A DNA stretch of 64,000 nt from an uncultured virus (IMG/VR IMGVR_UViG_3300025892_000017) (taxonomy: Duplodnaviria > Heunggongvirae > Uroviricota > Caudoviricetes > Crassvirales), in the IMG/VR virus record IMGVR_UViG_3300025892_000017; one strand, 5' to 3'. The notes below the pieces were generated by a model. It searched no databases and was not told the DNA's origin. It worked only from the letters and a program-made list of their open reading frames with translations. Shown here in pieces: positions 45,660 to 55,498 of the stretch (the first letter of the stretch is position 1; every line of letters begins with the position of its first letter). The position numbers were made by a program, and so were the translations under genes.

Positions 45660-48600
45660 TGCCACATATAGAAGGACACATAGAAGAACCACAGGTTCAA
45701 GGAGATCCACAAGGATTAGATTATCAAGCTATATATCAGAAGTACTACGATAAAGGCTTTGATATAGAGAAAGCTACTAGGAAGATGCGTGTATTGTACG
45801 GTGCTAAGCAGCCTGAACTTGATGCATTAAATGCTTTCTATGAGAGTAAAAAAAAAAGTCAAGACGGTACTACAGCCTCGGACTCCAGTTCGGAGACGGT
45901 TTCTACGGTATCTACCTCAGGTACAGCTACTTCGACAGGGCAAGAGAATGGAGATACGGATTCTCCTTTAGCCGCACCTGAACCTTTATCCCCTCAATTA
46001 TACGATAGTGTAAAAGGTACTCCCGTGCCTTGGACAGGCATTCAAATAGCTCAAGCTGAAGTTATAGGTCAATCCAGACCAGAGAATTGGGAGGATATAT
46101 ATAGAAGTAGGTTTGGAGAGGGTGAAGTACATCAGCTCGATACAAAGAAGCTATTTTCAGAGCAAAGAGATTCTGAGATTATGGGGGATTTAAACCTCCT
46201 TGAGATTGATGCTTTTGATAGGTGGTACAATAAAAAACTAGAGGACGGTAGAACTAAAACATTAGTTGATCAGTATTTAAACTTAGACTCAAAAGAGATT
46301 GTACAACTGAAGGGTCGGCTTGAAAACAATCTCGTTAGCAAGCATGGTATAAAAGACAGTATTATGGAGATGTTTGCTGCTCTAGAGGATGCTCCTGAGG
46401 GTCAACTAACTCACCCAGGGTTTGTAAGGAAGTACCAGCTTGGAGTAGATAAAACTTCAAAAAAGTCCTTAAAGAAAGTAGAGAACGACTTCGGGAATTT
46501 CTATAGAGATATGGTAAAGGCTTCTTTACCTTATAGCGTTCAGCAGAACGAAAGTCAGCTAAAAGACTTAGAGTATTACTTTAAGTACGGTAATGGCGAT
46601 ATGTTTGATTTTACTGAGGATGGAGAGATAGGTAACCAAACGTGGTGGAGCCAGACTCAACTTACTGGTGAGGTAGCTGGGATGACATTAGTCAATAAAT
46701 TGGCTTTTCTAGGTAGTAGAGTAGGTGGATGGATGGCCGATACATTTGCGGATATATCTAAAAATCCCAACCGTATGTCTGGTGTTATGGGGGATGCTAT
46801 AAGAAGCGGTGCAGAAACTGACATACGAAAGAGAGAGAAGGCTTTAGAGGAGATTAGGGAGAAGATGAATGCTTTTGAAGCGGGGATATCTAAAAGTTAC
46901 GGGAAGTTTTTCACAACAGGAGACCTTACAGCTTTAAATAATGCTTTAGAACAATCGTGGTACATGGCGGTAGAAGCCTCTCCGCAGATAACTATGGCTG
47001 TGGCGGGAGGAGCTATGGGTATGGGACCAACAGGCCTTGCTTTACTCTTAACTGCAGACGGGACAATGCAAGAAGCCATGATGATAAGGAATGATATATC
47101 CTTTGATGACTTCGTAAATAAGAAAAGCTTACCTATTATTGAAAAGCTTAAAGAGGATATTGATGCGATACTAAAAGTAAGAGAAGGGGAAGGAGGTGAA
47201 GAAAACTACAAGGGGAAGGAATTACAAGCGTTAAGAGAGCTTTTTAAAAAAGAACTTAAAGAATCAAGATTAAGTTACAGCGAAGCCTTATCTACTATAG
47301 AGGTTGGGGAGGGTGATACTCAAGAAGATATAGAGAATAAACTTAAAGCGATATACAATATAGAGGTTAATCAATCTAACAGAACGATGTACCTAAGTAG
47401 TACGGCTGCTATGGATTTCGCGGCGGATAGAGTTATGTTCGGGATATTTAGACGAGCGTTTAGAGGCGCTGACTTTAAGCAGAATGCTACTATAAAAACC
47501 TACGCTAAAAACCTCCTTAGAGGATCAACCATAGCGTTACCAGAATCTGCTATACCTACATTTCTTAGCATGCTTAACAGAGAGTATCAAAAGGCTGAAT
47601 ATACTGACTCGGATTTCGATGCGCAACAAGCTTTTGAAGCAGCGTTAGATGTAACGTTAGGTATGGCTCCTCTAGGCCCTATGATGCACACTGGAGGTAG
47701 TTCATTGGCTTATACTAAACATCTAGGGAGGTCTAGAATTGGACCAGATGGGACGAATGTTTATCACCGCAAGATAATTGATGAGTTAAATAAAAAGGCT
47801 TCAGATCCTGATGTTAACTCTAAAGACAGAGAGAAAGCTATAAAACTTGCAGCGAAGTTTAAGAAAGACGGGGTGTTGATTTTTGAGAAGAACACAGCTC
47901 TGTATGATTATATAGGTAAGAAAGATCCAGCTTCGTTAGACGAGATAGCTAATCTTAACTTGCAAGCGGAAGGCCTTCTTAGAAGCTTAAAAGATGTAGA
48001 AGACCCTAACGTTAAAATGCTAATGAGGGATGAGCTTGCTAGTATAATAAGCAAGAAGTCCAAAGTAGAAGCAGAGTTTAAAGAAGGCTTTGAAGCTCAG
48101 TACGACCACAGCTATGTACGTCAGAAGTTTGAGGATAAAGGGGGGAAGGAAGGAATAGTGGAAGTTAAAGCTGATGACCCTGTAGTTAAAGCTGACGAAC
48201 CAGATGCCGATCCATTAGTGAAACCTGATGATAGTGAAGCCCCACCCGTTAAAGAGGCTGAAGAGGGTGATGCAAGGATGGGTGACGATACAGAGGGTGT
48301 TGTAGCGGAAGAAAGGAAGTTAGTAGACATTAAAGGTGGGAGAGTAAGACAGTTCCTTAGAAACACCTTCAGGAGCGATGCGGGTATAGGAGGGAATAGA
48401 GGTTTAAAGTTTTGGAAAAAAAGATCAGGGGCGAGAGAGAAAGTTGCTGAGACTATTCGTGGGAGAGAAAGAGAGATGAGAGTCATGACTAATCAATTAG
48501 GTTTAGACCTAAACGTTCTAGACGCTTTATATAAAGATGCTGAGTTTGATATTAACGGGAAGAAAACAGGGAAGAACGAGTACAACAGACGTAAAGAGGA

Positions 48601-51241
48601 GTTAAATAAATATATGAATGGGGAGGAGGCTCGTATAGCGTTTTTAAGCGATGCTCAGAAAGCTAAGTTAGATTACCTAAGGGCAAGAGTAGATGGTTTG
48701 TCTGGTGAGATGATAAGGTTACTGGAAGAGAACCCTACACCTAAAAACAAAGCCTTAATAGAGACTATCAGAAACAATCAAGGACAATACCTTAAAAGAA
48801 GTTATGAGGCCTTTACTGATGATGGGACTTGGATAAAAGATTTCAATAAACCACTCAATAAACTCTCTAAAACAAAAAAGAAACTATACGACGATGCGGT
48901 ACAGTATGTTATGGATAATTTTGCTGAAGGAGACCGCGTACATATATTAGAGGAAACAGTTCCAGGATCAAAAAAAGCAAAAGCAGAAACAATAGTAACT
49001 GGATATCTTCAAGATTTATATAGTAAATTAGACAGTAAAAGTTTTATAACTGGAACTGGCTTAATAGGGGCGTTAGACTCTAAGATTCTTAGCGGGCGGA
49101 AAGATATACCTGCCCCCTTTAGAAAACTATTAGGGGAGGTAGAAAACGTAAGTTTTAACTACGTTAACACAGTACACAGGTTGGCTGGATATGTAGCAGA
49201 CCTTTCTTTTCAAAAAGTATTAAGGGCAGACCTGCTTGAAGCGGGGTTAGCTATAGAAGGTAAAGGGAGACAAGGTTCTGTAGAGTTTTCTCCAGGAGCC
49301 GCCTTTAGCGGGCTGGATGGATTATATGTAGATCCAACTTTTAAATCTATGTACGATAGTATGATGCCTTTAACTTCAAATCCAAGTAAATTCTGGCGTA
49401 CTCTCTCTCAAATTCAAGGTGTGGTAAAGATTGGTAAGACGGTATATTCTCCTACTACAACTTCTAGAAACCTTTTAAGTGGTATTTTCTTAGGGTTTAA
49501 CTCAGGGCATTTATTTTCTACTGACCTAGGGAAAGCTTCCGATGCAATGAAATTAGCTTGGGGGGTAAAAGAAGGGATAGATGTAAACTTTATGACAAGA
49601 GAGAGAGATAAGCTTATGAGGTATGGGGTTATCGGAGATGGAGCTAGAGCTGGAGAGGTTATGGGGCTGATGCGTGACTTCACTGACGCAACAGAAGCAC
49701 AAAGGATAGCACAGAAATCTGGGGGGAGTAAACTCAGAAAGGCAACCAGAAAGGTTAACGATGCAGCTCAGAGACTATATGCTTTTGGTGACGATTTTTA
49801 CAAAGCTACAGGATTTTATACAGAAGCTCAAAGGTTTATGGATAGTGGAATGGATAGAGCTACGGCGGAGAAAAGAGCTGCTGAACGTATTCGCGGGGGT
49901 TACCCAACATATTCTTATATCCCTAGAAATATAAAGTGGTTAAGACGTTTCCCTCTTACGGGTATGTTTGTCTCTTTCCCTTACGAGGTGTACAGAACTA
50001 CAGCTAACAATATGAGGTATGCAGCACAAGATTTTGCGGAGGGAAGGCATAAGATGGGGATGCAAAGGATGGCGGGTATGGCTACAGCTCAAGCTTTTGG
50101 ATTCGGGATGTTTAGTGCAACAAAACAGATCTGGGAATACACTGAAGAGGAGCTTGATGCAATAAGGCTTTTAGGTCCAGAGTACCAGAAAAATTCACAA
50201 CCTATTTTCCTGCCTAGAGGGGATGCTAATGAGATAAAATTCATAGATGCTCAAGCGATACTACCAAATGAGGCTATATGGAAACCTATAAGATCTTTAA
50301 TATTACAAGGAGATCCTAAGGATGAGAACTATGTAGACGGTATAGAATCAGCAATATCTGAAATTCTAGCTCCATTTTATGCTAAAGACGCTACAGCGAA
50401 ATTAGTGCAGGAATTATTGACTAACAGAAGAGAAGGCAGCGATCAACCTATATACTATTGGGATCAAGATATGAACCCTCTTGAGAATGCTTTAAATAAC
50501 ATCCCAGACTTAGGTAGACAGATATTAAAAGGTGTAGGTCCTGGAGCATACAATAACTTAGAGGAGTTTTTCCGAGCTACTGGGATTTCACCTGAGTTAT
50601 TTGGGGAGAAGTCTACAGTATATAAAGAGACTAAAATGAATGAGTGGATACTTGGGTTATTTGGTTTCCGTGTAAACACGTTTGATATGAGAGCAGGAAT
50701 CCTTCCTAAGATATACGAGGATAGCGAGGATCTTAAAAAATACACTAACTTCAACCTAAGCAATAAAGACATAAGGTTACTATCTGATAAACCTGTAGAG
50801 TATTTAAAGAAGGTAGCTGATCAATATGTAAATAAACAAATAGAGGTAGCGAAAAGGGTTCAAGTTTACCCTAACGTAGCTATGGAGGCGGGGCTTGAGC
50901 AAGAGAAATTAATAACTACGTTAGTAAATAGCGGTCTCTCAAAAAAGAACGCAGGTATACTCGTAGCGAATGCTATAGAAGGTACGAACTTACCTCAGAA
51001 CCCGAAGTACATAAGCCTTAGCCGTATAAAAAGTGTATTAACATCTGTAAAAGACGCTCACAGGGGGACCAAAGCAGAGTTAAAAGAAAAAACAGATGCG
51101 GTTATGGAGGCTATGTTCTTATCTAACGTAATGATTATCCAGAAATGGTCTGAGCAATTTGAGGATTACGATATAAAGAATGACGAAGAGGAAGACAATC
51201 AATACTTCCGTGGACAATACTTAAACAGAAATAATGAGTGA
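45659..51241 (+). CDS. Large internal virion (ejectosome-type) protein
   Basis: 1860 aa, helical; TM-like MAVAGGAMGMGPTGLALLL; YLKRSYEAF and PTYSYIP..LRRFPLTGMFVSFPYE motifs; last large structural gene. Confidence 0.6.
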   Translation: MPHIEGHIEEPQVQGDPQGLDYQAIYQKYYDKGFDIEKATRKMRVLYGAKQPELDALNAFYESKKKSQDGTTASDSSSETVSTVSTSGTATSTGQENGDTDSPLAAPEPLSPQLYDSVKGTPVPWTGIQIAQAEVIGQSRPENWEDIYRSRFGEGEVHQLDTKKLFSEQRDSEIMGDLNLLEIDAFDRWYNKKLEDGRTKTLVDQYLNLDSKEIVQLKGRLENNLVSKHGIKDSIMEMFAALEDAPEGQLTHPGFVRKYQLGVDKTSKKSLKKVENDFGNFYRDMVKASLPYSVQQNESQLKDLEYYFKYGNGDMFDFTEDGEIGNQTWWSQTQLTGEVAGMTLVNKLAFLGSRVGGWMADTFADISKNPNRMSGVMGDAIRSGAETDIRKREKALEEIREKMNAFEAGISKSYGKFFTTGDLTALNNALEQSWYMAVEASPQITMAVAGGAMGMGPTGLALLLTADGTMQEAMMIRNDISFDDFVNKKSLPIIEKLKEDIDAILKVREGEGGEENYKGKELQALRELFKKELKESRLSYSEALSTIEVGEGDTQEDIENKLKAIYNIEVNQSNRTMYLSSTAAMDFAADRVMFGIFRRAFRGADFKQNATIKTYAKNLLRGSTIALPESAIPTFLSMLNREYQKAEYTDSDFDAQQAFEAALDVTLGMAPLGPMMHTGGSSLAYTKHLGRSRIGPDGTNVYHRKIIDELNKKASDPDVNSKDREKAIKLAAKFKKDGVLIFEKNTALYDYIGKKDPASLDEIANLNLQAEGLLRSLKDVEDPNVKMLMRDELASIISKKSKVEAEFKEGFEAQYDHSYVRQKFEDKGGKEGIVEVKADDPVVKADEPDADPLVKPDDSEAPPVKEAEEGDARMGDDTEGVVAEERKLVDIKGGRVRQFLRNTFRSDAGIGGNRGLKFWKKRSGAREKVAETIRGREREMRVMTNQLGLDLNVLDALYKDAEFDINGKKTGKNEYNRRKEELNKYMNGEEARIAFLSDAQKAKLDYLRARVDGLSGEMIRLLEENPTPKNKALIETIRNNQGQYLKRSYEAFTDDGTWIKDFNKPLNKLSKTKKKLYDDAVQYVMDNFAEGDRVHILEETVPGSKKAKAETIVTGYLQDLYSKLDSKSFITGTGLIGALDSKILSGRKDIPAPFRKLLGEVENVSFNYVNTVHRLAGYVADLSFQKVLRADLLEAGLAIEGKGRQGSVEFSPGAAFSGLDGLYVDPTFKSMYDSMMPLTSNPSKFWRTLSQIQGVVKIGKTVYSPTTTSRNLLSGIFLGFNSGHLFSTDLGKASDAMKLAWGVKEGIDVNFMTRERDKLMRYGVIGDGARAGEVMGLMRDFTDATEAQRIAQKSGGSKLRKATRKVNDAAQRLYAFGDDFYKATGFYTEAQRFMDSGMDRATAEKRAAERIRGGYPTYSYIPRNIKWLRRFPLTGMFVSFPYEVYRTTANNMRYAAQDFAEGRHKMGMQRMAGMATAQAFGFGMFSATKQIWEYTEEELDAIRLLGPEYQKNSQPIFLPRGDANEIKFIDAQAILPNEAIWKPIRSLILQGDPKDENYVDGIESAISEILAPFYAKDATAKLVQELLTNRREGSDQPIYYWDQDMNPLENALNNIPDLGRQILKGVGPGAYNNLEEFFRATGISPELFGEKSTVYKETKMNEWILGLFGFRVNTFDMRAGILPKIYEDSEDLKKYTNFNLSNKDIRLLSDKPVEYLKKVADQYVNKQIEVAKRVQVYPNVAMEAGLEQEKLITTLVNSGLSKKNAGILVANAIEGTNLPQNPKYISLSRIKSVLTSVKDAHRGTKAELKEKTDAVMEAMFLSNVMIIQKWSEQFEDYDIKNDEEEDNQYFRGQYLNRNNE
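45848..45857 (+). other. A10 homopolymer, candidate slippage or -1 frameshift site
   Basis: The -1 frame opens immediately after TAA 45847 and runs to TGA 45981. Confidence 0.5.
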
Positions 51242-51674
51242 TAAAAAGAAAATAAAATACACTAAGCTAGGTGCTTGGTTAGCAAATAAAGCACCACAAG
51301 TGCTGGGTGTAGTAGGAGACCTTCTACCAGATAGCGGGGCGCTAGGCGTGGTTAAAAACCTTATAGACAAAGATGATAGTGTTGACTCCGAGGAGGCTCA
51401 GCGTATGATCGATGCAGAGGTACGCTTCCAAGAGAACGTTACAGAACGTTGGAAAGCAGACATGGGCAGTGATGTAAAGCTTGCAAAGCTAATACGACCA
51501 CTTACCCTTATCGCTCTGATGACTATGTTTATGTTTACAATGGTAGCTGACTCTATGGATGGGTGGCCTTTTAATGTAAAGGACTCTTATGTAGATCTAC
51601 TACAGATCCTTATGATGACCGCCTTTGGAGCTTACTTCGCAGGTAGAACCATAGAAAAAGCTAAAAAGCCTTAA
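51234..51674 (+). CDS. Holin (3TM/GTA-type)
   Basis: RWKADMGSD..LAKLIRPLTLI...AYFAGRTIEK with hydrophobic helices. Confidence 0.75.
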   Translation: MSDKKKIKYTKLGAWLANKAPQVLGVVGDLLPDSGALGVVKNLIDKDDSVDSEEAQRMIDAEVRFQENVTERWKADMGSDVKLAKLIRPLTLIALMTMFMFTMVADSMDGWPFNVKDSYVDLLQILMMTAFGAYFAGRTIEKAKKP

Positions 51675-52233
51675 CTTCTTTACTGTACACCCCGTTAAAC
51701 ATGGTGTTAATTTTCTTTTGGATTAACTCCTCAGTACCTGGTTTTGTTCGAGTGTTTATAACGCTGTAAATACCACGGTTTTTTATATTCCAACCTTCTG
51801 TTGCCTTAAGAACCCTTTTTCCTTCTGTCTGCAACCAATTCTTCTCTATATTGAGGGTGGCTATATCCTTCTTTAGCATCCTTATGGTTTCCTTCAGGAA
51901 GGTAACTTCCTCTGTATCAACTTCAATCCCTTTGATTCGATTCTTAGCAATTACATATAGCTTTAAGCAATCATCATATCTTTCACGGAAAGACGAATCC
52001 GAGTCCAGAAGGCCTTTAAAAGTTCTTATGTAATGAAGAACCGTAGCGTGATCCTTCTTTAAGAAATCACCTATACTGGTGCTTGTATTGCTTTCATCCC
52101 TTAATATAAAACAAAAGACTCGTCTTGCATCAACGTTTTCTCTTGAGCGTTTTCGGCTTAAGATTTCAGCTTTAAAAGCCTTATTTACAATTCTACCTAA
52201 TGCTTCCGCATACTCTAATTTTAGTTCACTCAT
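51661..52233 (-). CDS. DnaA domain IV-like HTH protein with coiled-coil tail
   Basis: SRKRSRENVDARRVF...IGDFLKKDHATVLH. Confidence 0.7.
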   Translation of the reverse strand: MSELKLEYAEALGRIVNKAFKAEILSRKRSRENVDARRVFCFILRDESNTSTSIGDFLKKDHATVLHYIRTFKGLLDSDSSFRERYDDCLKLYVIAKNRIKGIEVDTEEVTFLKETIRMLKKDIATLNIEKNWLQTEGKRVLKATEGWNIKNRGIYSVINTRTKPGTEELIQKKINTMFNGVYSKEVKAF

Positions 52234-52757
52234 TATATTAAATTTATATTACCCTCTGGAGATATATACTCCTTTGAGTAAGGGATTACACTATAACTAT
52301 TTAATTCTTTAAGATCCTTTATTATTAGCTTAGTTATCTTATCTAAGCGGCCACTCCGTTGGTATATCTTACGATAGGCCTTTTTCTTATTGGTTACCTG
52401 TTCAGGGGAAACGTTTTTATAGCACCAAGCTAACAACTCCTCCCTCTCTACTCTAATAAATCCTCCTACCTCACACATCTCAAAAGCAATCCATTTAGCA
52501 CTCCCTTTCGTCCACCCAGGTTTACCTTGTACGTTGGCAAATTCTACCCAAATTTCGTCAGGCAGGTTATTTCCTTTTACATCTACCCCGTCTTCTCCGT
52601 GCCAGAAATCTACATGAAGGTTTATGTCTTCGTACTTTGTAGATACATGAGCATCAGGTAAAGCCCTTTTATATCTTGTGGCACTGATATTCCCATCTCT
52701 CCAAGACTGTTTATATCTTGACTTACTTACAACTTTAGAATGGTATGTCGTCTTCAT
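52233..52757 (-). CDS. PD-(D/E)XK-family nuclease
   Basis: HVDFW...GVDVKG...IWVEFANVQGKPGW. Confidence 0.6.
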   Translation of the reverse strand: MKTTYHSKVVSKSRYKQSWRDGNISATRYKRALPDAHVSTKYEDINLHVDFWHGEDGVDVKGNNLPDEIWVEFANVQGKPGWTKGSAKWIAFEMCEVGGFIRVEREELLAWCYKNVSPEQVTNKKKAYRKIYQRSGRLDKITKLIIKDLKELNSYSVIPYSKEYISPEGNINLI

Positions 52758-52965
52758 CTTTTTCGTATTCTTTACATATCTCTCTCACTAGGTCTATTTC
52801 TATATTCACCCAGTCTCGAAAGGATTTAATTTGAATTAATACATCTTCTAATTCCGTTAAGGCCTCCCCGTCATCTTCATGTAGGGACTCATACAACATA
52901 TCCGCAGCAGTGTGAATCCTTTCACAAGCTTTGAAGTATGTTTCGCTTACATCACTATTGTTCAT
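52735..52965 (-). CDS. Acidic hypothetical protein ending DDIPF
   Basis: In operon context; SSB-like C-terminal tail. Confidence 0.55.
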   Translation of the reverse strand: MNNSDVSETYFKACERIHTAADMLYESLHEDDGEALTELEDVLIQIKSFRDWVNIEIDLVREICKEYEKDEDDIPF

Positions 52966-53404
52966 TTTTCATGGATTTTTTTATCTCTAAGACACATTGA
53001 TCTACTTGTCTCTTATTTTTAGCCAAATATACGTCATAACCTAGCTTATTATCCATAATATGCTTTAAAAATATCTTCCACCTCATAGGAAAATCATGAT
53101 GAGAAGGTAAATACCCTTTTGTTTCTATGATCCACTTAGAATCCTTACCTACAAAATCAGGTGTATACCTAATAGGCTGTTGAATAGAATTACTTCTATC
53201 AATCATATCCTTTTTCTTTGCAGTCATTTTAAAATACTTATGTTCAAATCTAAAGGAATCCATTAGAACAAACTTGTCTTCTTCATAAGTGAAAGCTATC
53301 CCAGATTCACGTAACTTATCTGAACAATACTTCTCTAGAGAGCTCTTAAACTTTCCTAGAGATTTTTTTTTAGATTTAAGTTTCTTTTTTAGTTTCTTTT
53401 GCAT
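52955..53404 (-). CDS. T7 endonuclease I-like Holliday junction nuclease
   Basis: FKSSLE, FTYE, YTPDF and IIETKG. Confidence 0.75.
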   Translation of the reverse strand: MQKKLKKKLKSKKKSLGKFKSSLEKYCSDKLRESGIAFTYEEDKFVLMDSFRFEHKYFKMTAKKKDMIDRSNSIQQPIRYTPDFVGKDSKWIIETKGYLPSHHDFPMRWKIFLKHIMDNKLGYDVYLAKNKRQVDQCVLEIKKSMKNEQ

Positions 53405-53408
53405 ATAG

Positions 53409-53416
53409 CAAAGTTA
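53409..53416 (-). promoter_or_regulatory. Bacteroidota-type -7 promoter element (TAACTTTG)
   Basis: 4 nt upstream of ATG 53404 on the - strand. Confidence 0.55.
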
Positions 53417-53442
53417 CACCCCAAGTATCTACCCTTCCAAAT

Positions 53443-55257
53443 TTATTTAGATAAAAAATTAGAGAAAGGTAAGGCCTTTTGCTTATCTGCTTGAAGATCA
53501 ATAGATTTAAATAAAGGCTTTTTATCTAACCAAGAGATAAAACCTGTATGAGAGAGGTTCATAAGGATCTTATAAGGCTCATCTATAGGGGTTGGTTCAC
53601 CCCCAGTCTCTACTTCTCGTACTTTTCTAACGTGTAACTCACTGAGTTTGCGTATGTTATAGTCGGTTGATTGAACCTTTCGATGAAGTGTGAGGAAACA
53701 GTCAGCTCTATTCACGAACTTTCCTCCCCCCTCTGTATCCTCAGCATACGGGGCAACTGGCAATCCGTCTGGTCCTTTGCGTCTCTGAGCCTCAGTAAAG
53801 GCATGCATGTTTAACCACACAGCTACGTCGTGAGACTTTGAGAACGTAAGGAACTGACTAGCAGCCTCATAATGGTAGTCATGTACACCAATGTTTGAAT
53901 TAGTCATATCTAACCTTAGTGAGTTATAGGGATCTACGAAGATAGCGTCTACAGGTTGCTGCCTCATAACCTTTTCCATAAAGAGAATTATATCTGAGTA
54001 GCTATATACCTGATTATTGTTTATGATAGTGAAGTGTTCTTGCACCCACTTGTAAGAAGCTCTACGTTGAGCGTAATTCATATCTTGCACCTTCTTATCC
54101 GTAGCAAACTGCATGAGATGCATCTTAACGGAGGCTGTACGATTCTCCGAGGAGTATATCACCCACTTCCATTTATGACGCATGACGGAGTTGGCTATAA
54201 GATATAGAGCCGTGGTAGTCTTACCTACATTACTATGACCGTTTATAATAACAAACTCCTTCTTATATCTAAAGAACTTATCTAAGTTAGCGTCTCCAGT
54301 ATCTAAGCCTATAGCTATCTTACCTTGAGAGTAGTCGTCTATCCATCTAAAGTCTTCATCATCTGAAGATATGAATGACATATCCCCATCGTTAATAAGC
54401 AGCTCTCTCTGCGCTGACTTCTCACTGTTTATCACCTCCTTAATAGGTAAGGCCTTCCCTTTCTCTACCCCCGCGATGATCGTTTGCTTAGCATGGTCTT
54501 CAGAATCTATCTCCCTCTTCTCTATCTCTCTAAAAAGGATTCTAAACACCTCCTCCTCCTCCATCCTCCCAGCAGCAATATACCCACCGCAAAGCATAGC
54601 AGCTTTATTCAGTGTCACCCACTTCTCACCATCCTTAGCATTCCGTATCATACGGGCAGCTAGGTTAAGCTTCATGTAGTCCGTGTAAGAATAAGATGCG
54701 TTAACTGGGGTTTGAGCCTCAGCATGTTCCGTGGTAAATGCCCCGAACTTCTTGTACTCATCCTTGATTATTATGTCAGGATCCCAAGACTCAAAACAGG
54801 CCCTAGATTCATTTATACCTGACTCGTCAACCTCCAGTCCGTATTGACGGTTAAAGTACGTTATAAGGGCTCTAAAGTGGTCTCTGTGGCGTTCTGGGTT
54901 GGTTAGCCTAACAAGCGCTTTAATCCCATCACCACTTGGCGATACCCAACATGAATAAATAAAATCATCCGTAGCAAGGGCTGTCTTGGTCGTCTTAACA
55001 TCAACGTGATCAAAGTCCAGAATAATAAATTCTGAATGTTCGAATAAACCCTCATCAGTTCTAGACGAAAACTCCCCGCTAAAACAAATAACAGGGAGCT
55101 TAATCTTCTTTTCTTTATTTCCTTTCCTGACCTCACGTATCAGTTTCTTGCTGTGACCTTGTTGTATACGCAACAGCGCGGTTTCCAGATGTATGTGATG
55201 TGGCTCCTTTATGAGCTTTATGTCTTGAAATATTGTTACTTTCTTCATCTTTCGCAA
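53443..55257 (-). CDS. Primase-helicase (BT4734/VirE-N-like primase domain plus DnaB-like SF4 helicase)
   Basis: KLPVICFSG, LDFDH, SPSGDGIK and RACFESWDP; Walker A GHSNVGKT; FVDPYN; GGKFVNRAD. Confidence 0.85.
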   Translation of the reverse strand: MRKMKKVTIFQDIKLIKEPHHIHLETALLRIQQGHSKKLIREVRKGNKEKKIKLPVICFSGEFSSRTDEGLFEHSEFIILDFDHVDVKTTKTALATDDFIYSCWVSPSGDGIKALVRLTNPERHRDHFRALITYFNRQYGLEVDESGINESRACFESWDPDIIIKDEYKKFGAFTTEHAEAQTPVNASYSYTDYMKLNLAARMIRNAKDGEKWVTLNKAAMLCGGYIAAGRMEEEEVFRILFREIEKREIDSEDHAKQTIIAGVEKGKALPIKEVINSEKSAQRELLINDGDMSFISSDDEDFRWIDDYSQGKIAIGLDTGDANLDKFFRYKKEFVIINGHSNVGKTTTALYLIANSVMRHKWKWVIYSSENRTASVKMHLMQFATDKKVQDMNYAQRRASYKWVQEHFTIINNNQVYSYSDIILFMEKVMRQQPVDAIFVDPYNSLRLDMTNSNIGVHDYHYEAASQFLTFSKSHDVAVWLNMHAFTEAQRRKGPDGLPVAPYAEDTEGGGKFVNRADCFLTLHRKVQSTDYNIRKLSELHVRKVREVETGGEPTPIDEPYKILMNLSHTGFISWLDKKPLFKSIDLQADKQKALPFSNFLSK

Positions 55258-55498
55258 TCATTAGCAGAATTATATACCCTGCTATATCTATTAGTGTATC
55301 CTCTGTGTCTTCTACTACTCCCGCATTAGCTATGCGTTTCAGTTTGTCATCTAAACGCACCTTGATAGAAGTTGATGCGTTACACGATGAGAAAATATGC
55401 AATGGATCCAAAGCGGAATCCCCATATTTATTATTTTTATCAATAAGCAAAGCCTCTAGCTCTTTGCATTTCATTTTTATTTTATCCTTGGTGCTCAT
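55133..55498 (-). CDS. DUF1599/nucleotide-modification-associated domain protein
   Basis: KNNKYGDSA...RLDDKLKRI...EDTLIDIAGYIIL. Confidence 0.75.
   Translation of the reverse strand: MSTKDKIKMKCKELEALLIDKNNKYGDSALDPLHIFSSCNASTSIKVRLDDKLKRIANAGVVEDTEDTLIDIAGYIILLMIAKDEESNNISRHKAHKGATSHTSGNRAVAYTTRSQQETDT

Noticed and set aside
2479..50772. Numerous 60-155 aa antisense or alternate-frame ORFs inside long genes (e.g. 2479, 6673, 9996, 11062, 28178, 28905, 48121)
   Set aside because: Shadow ORFs of well-supported genes, with no start context or motifs
45659..51241. Virion RNA polymerase, as in crAss-like phages
   Set aside because: No DxDxD/DFDID-type catalytic motif seen, and host-type promoters precede the late genes
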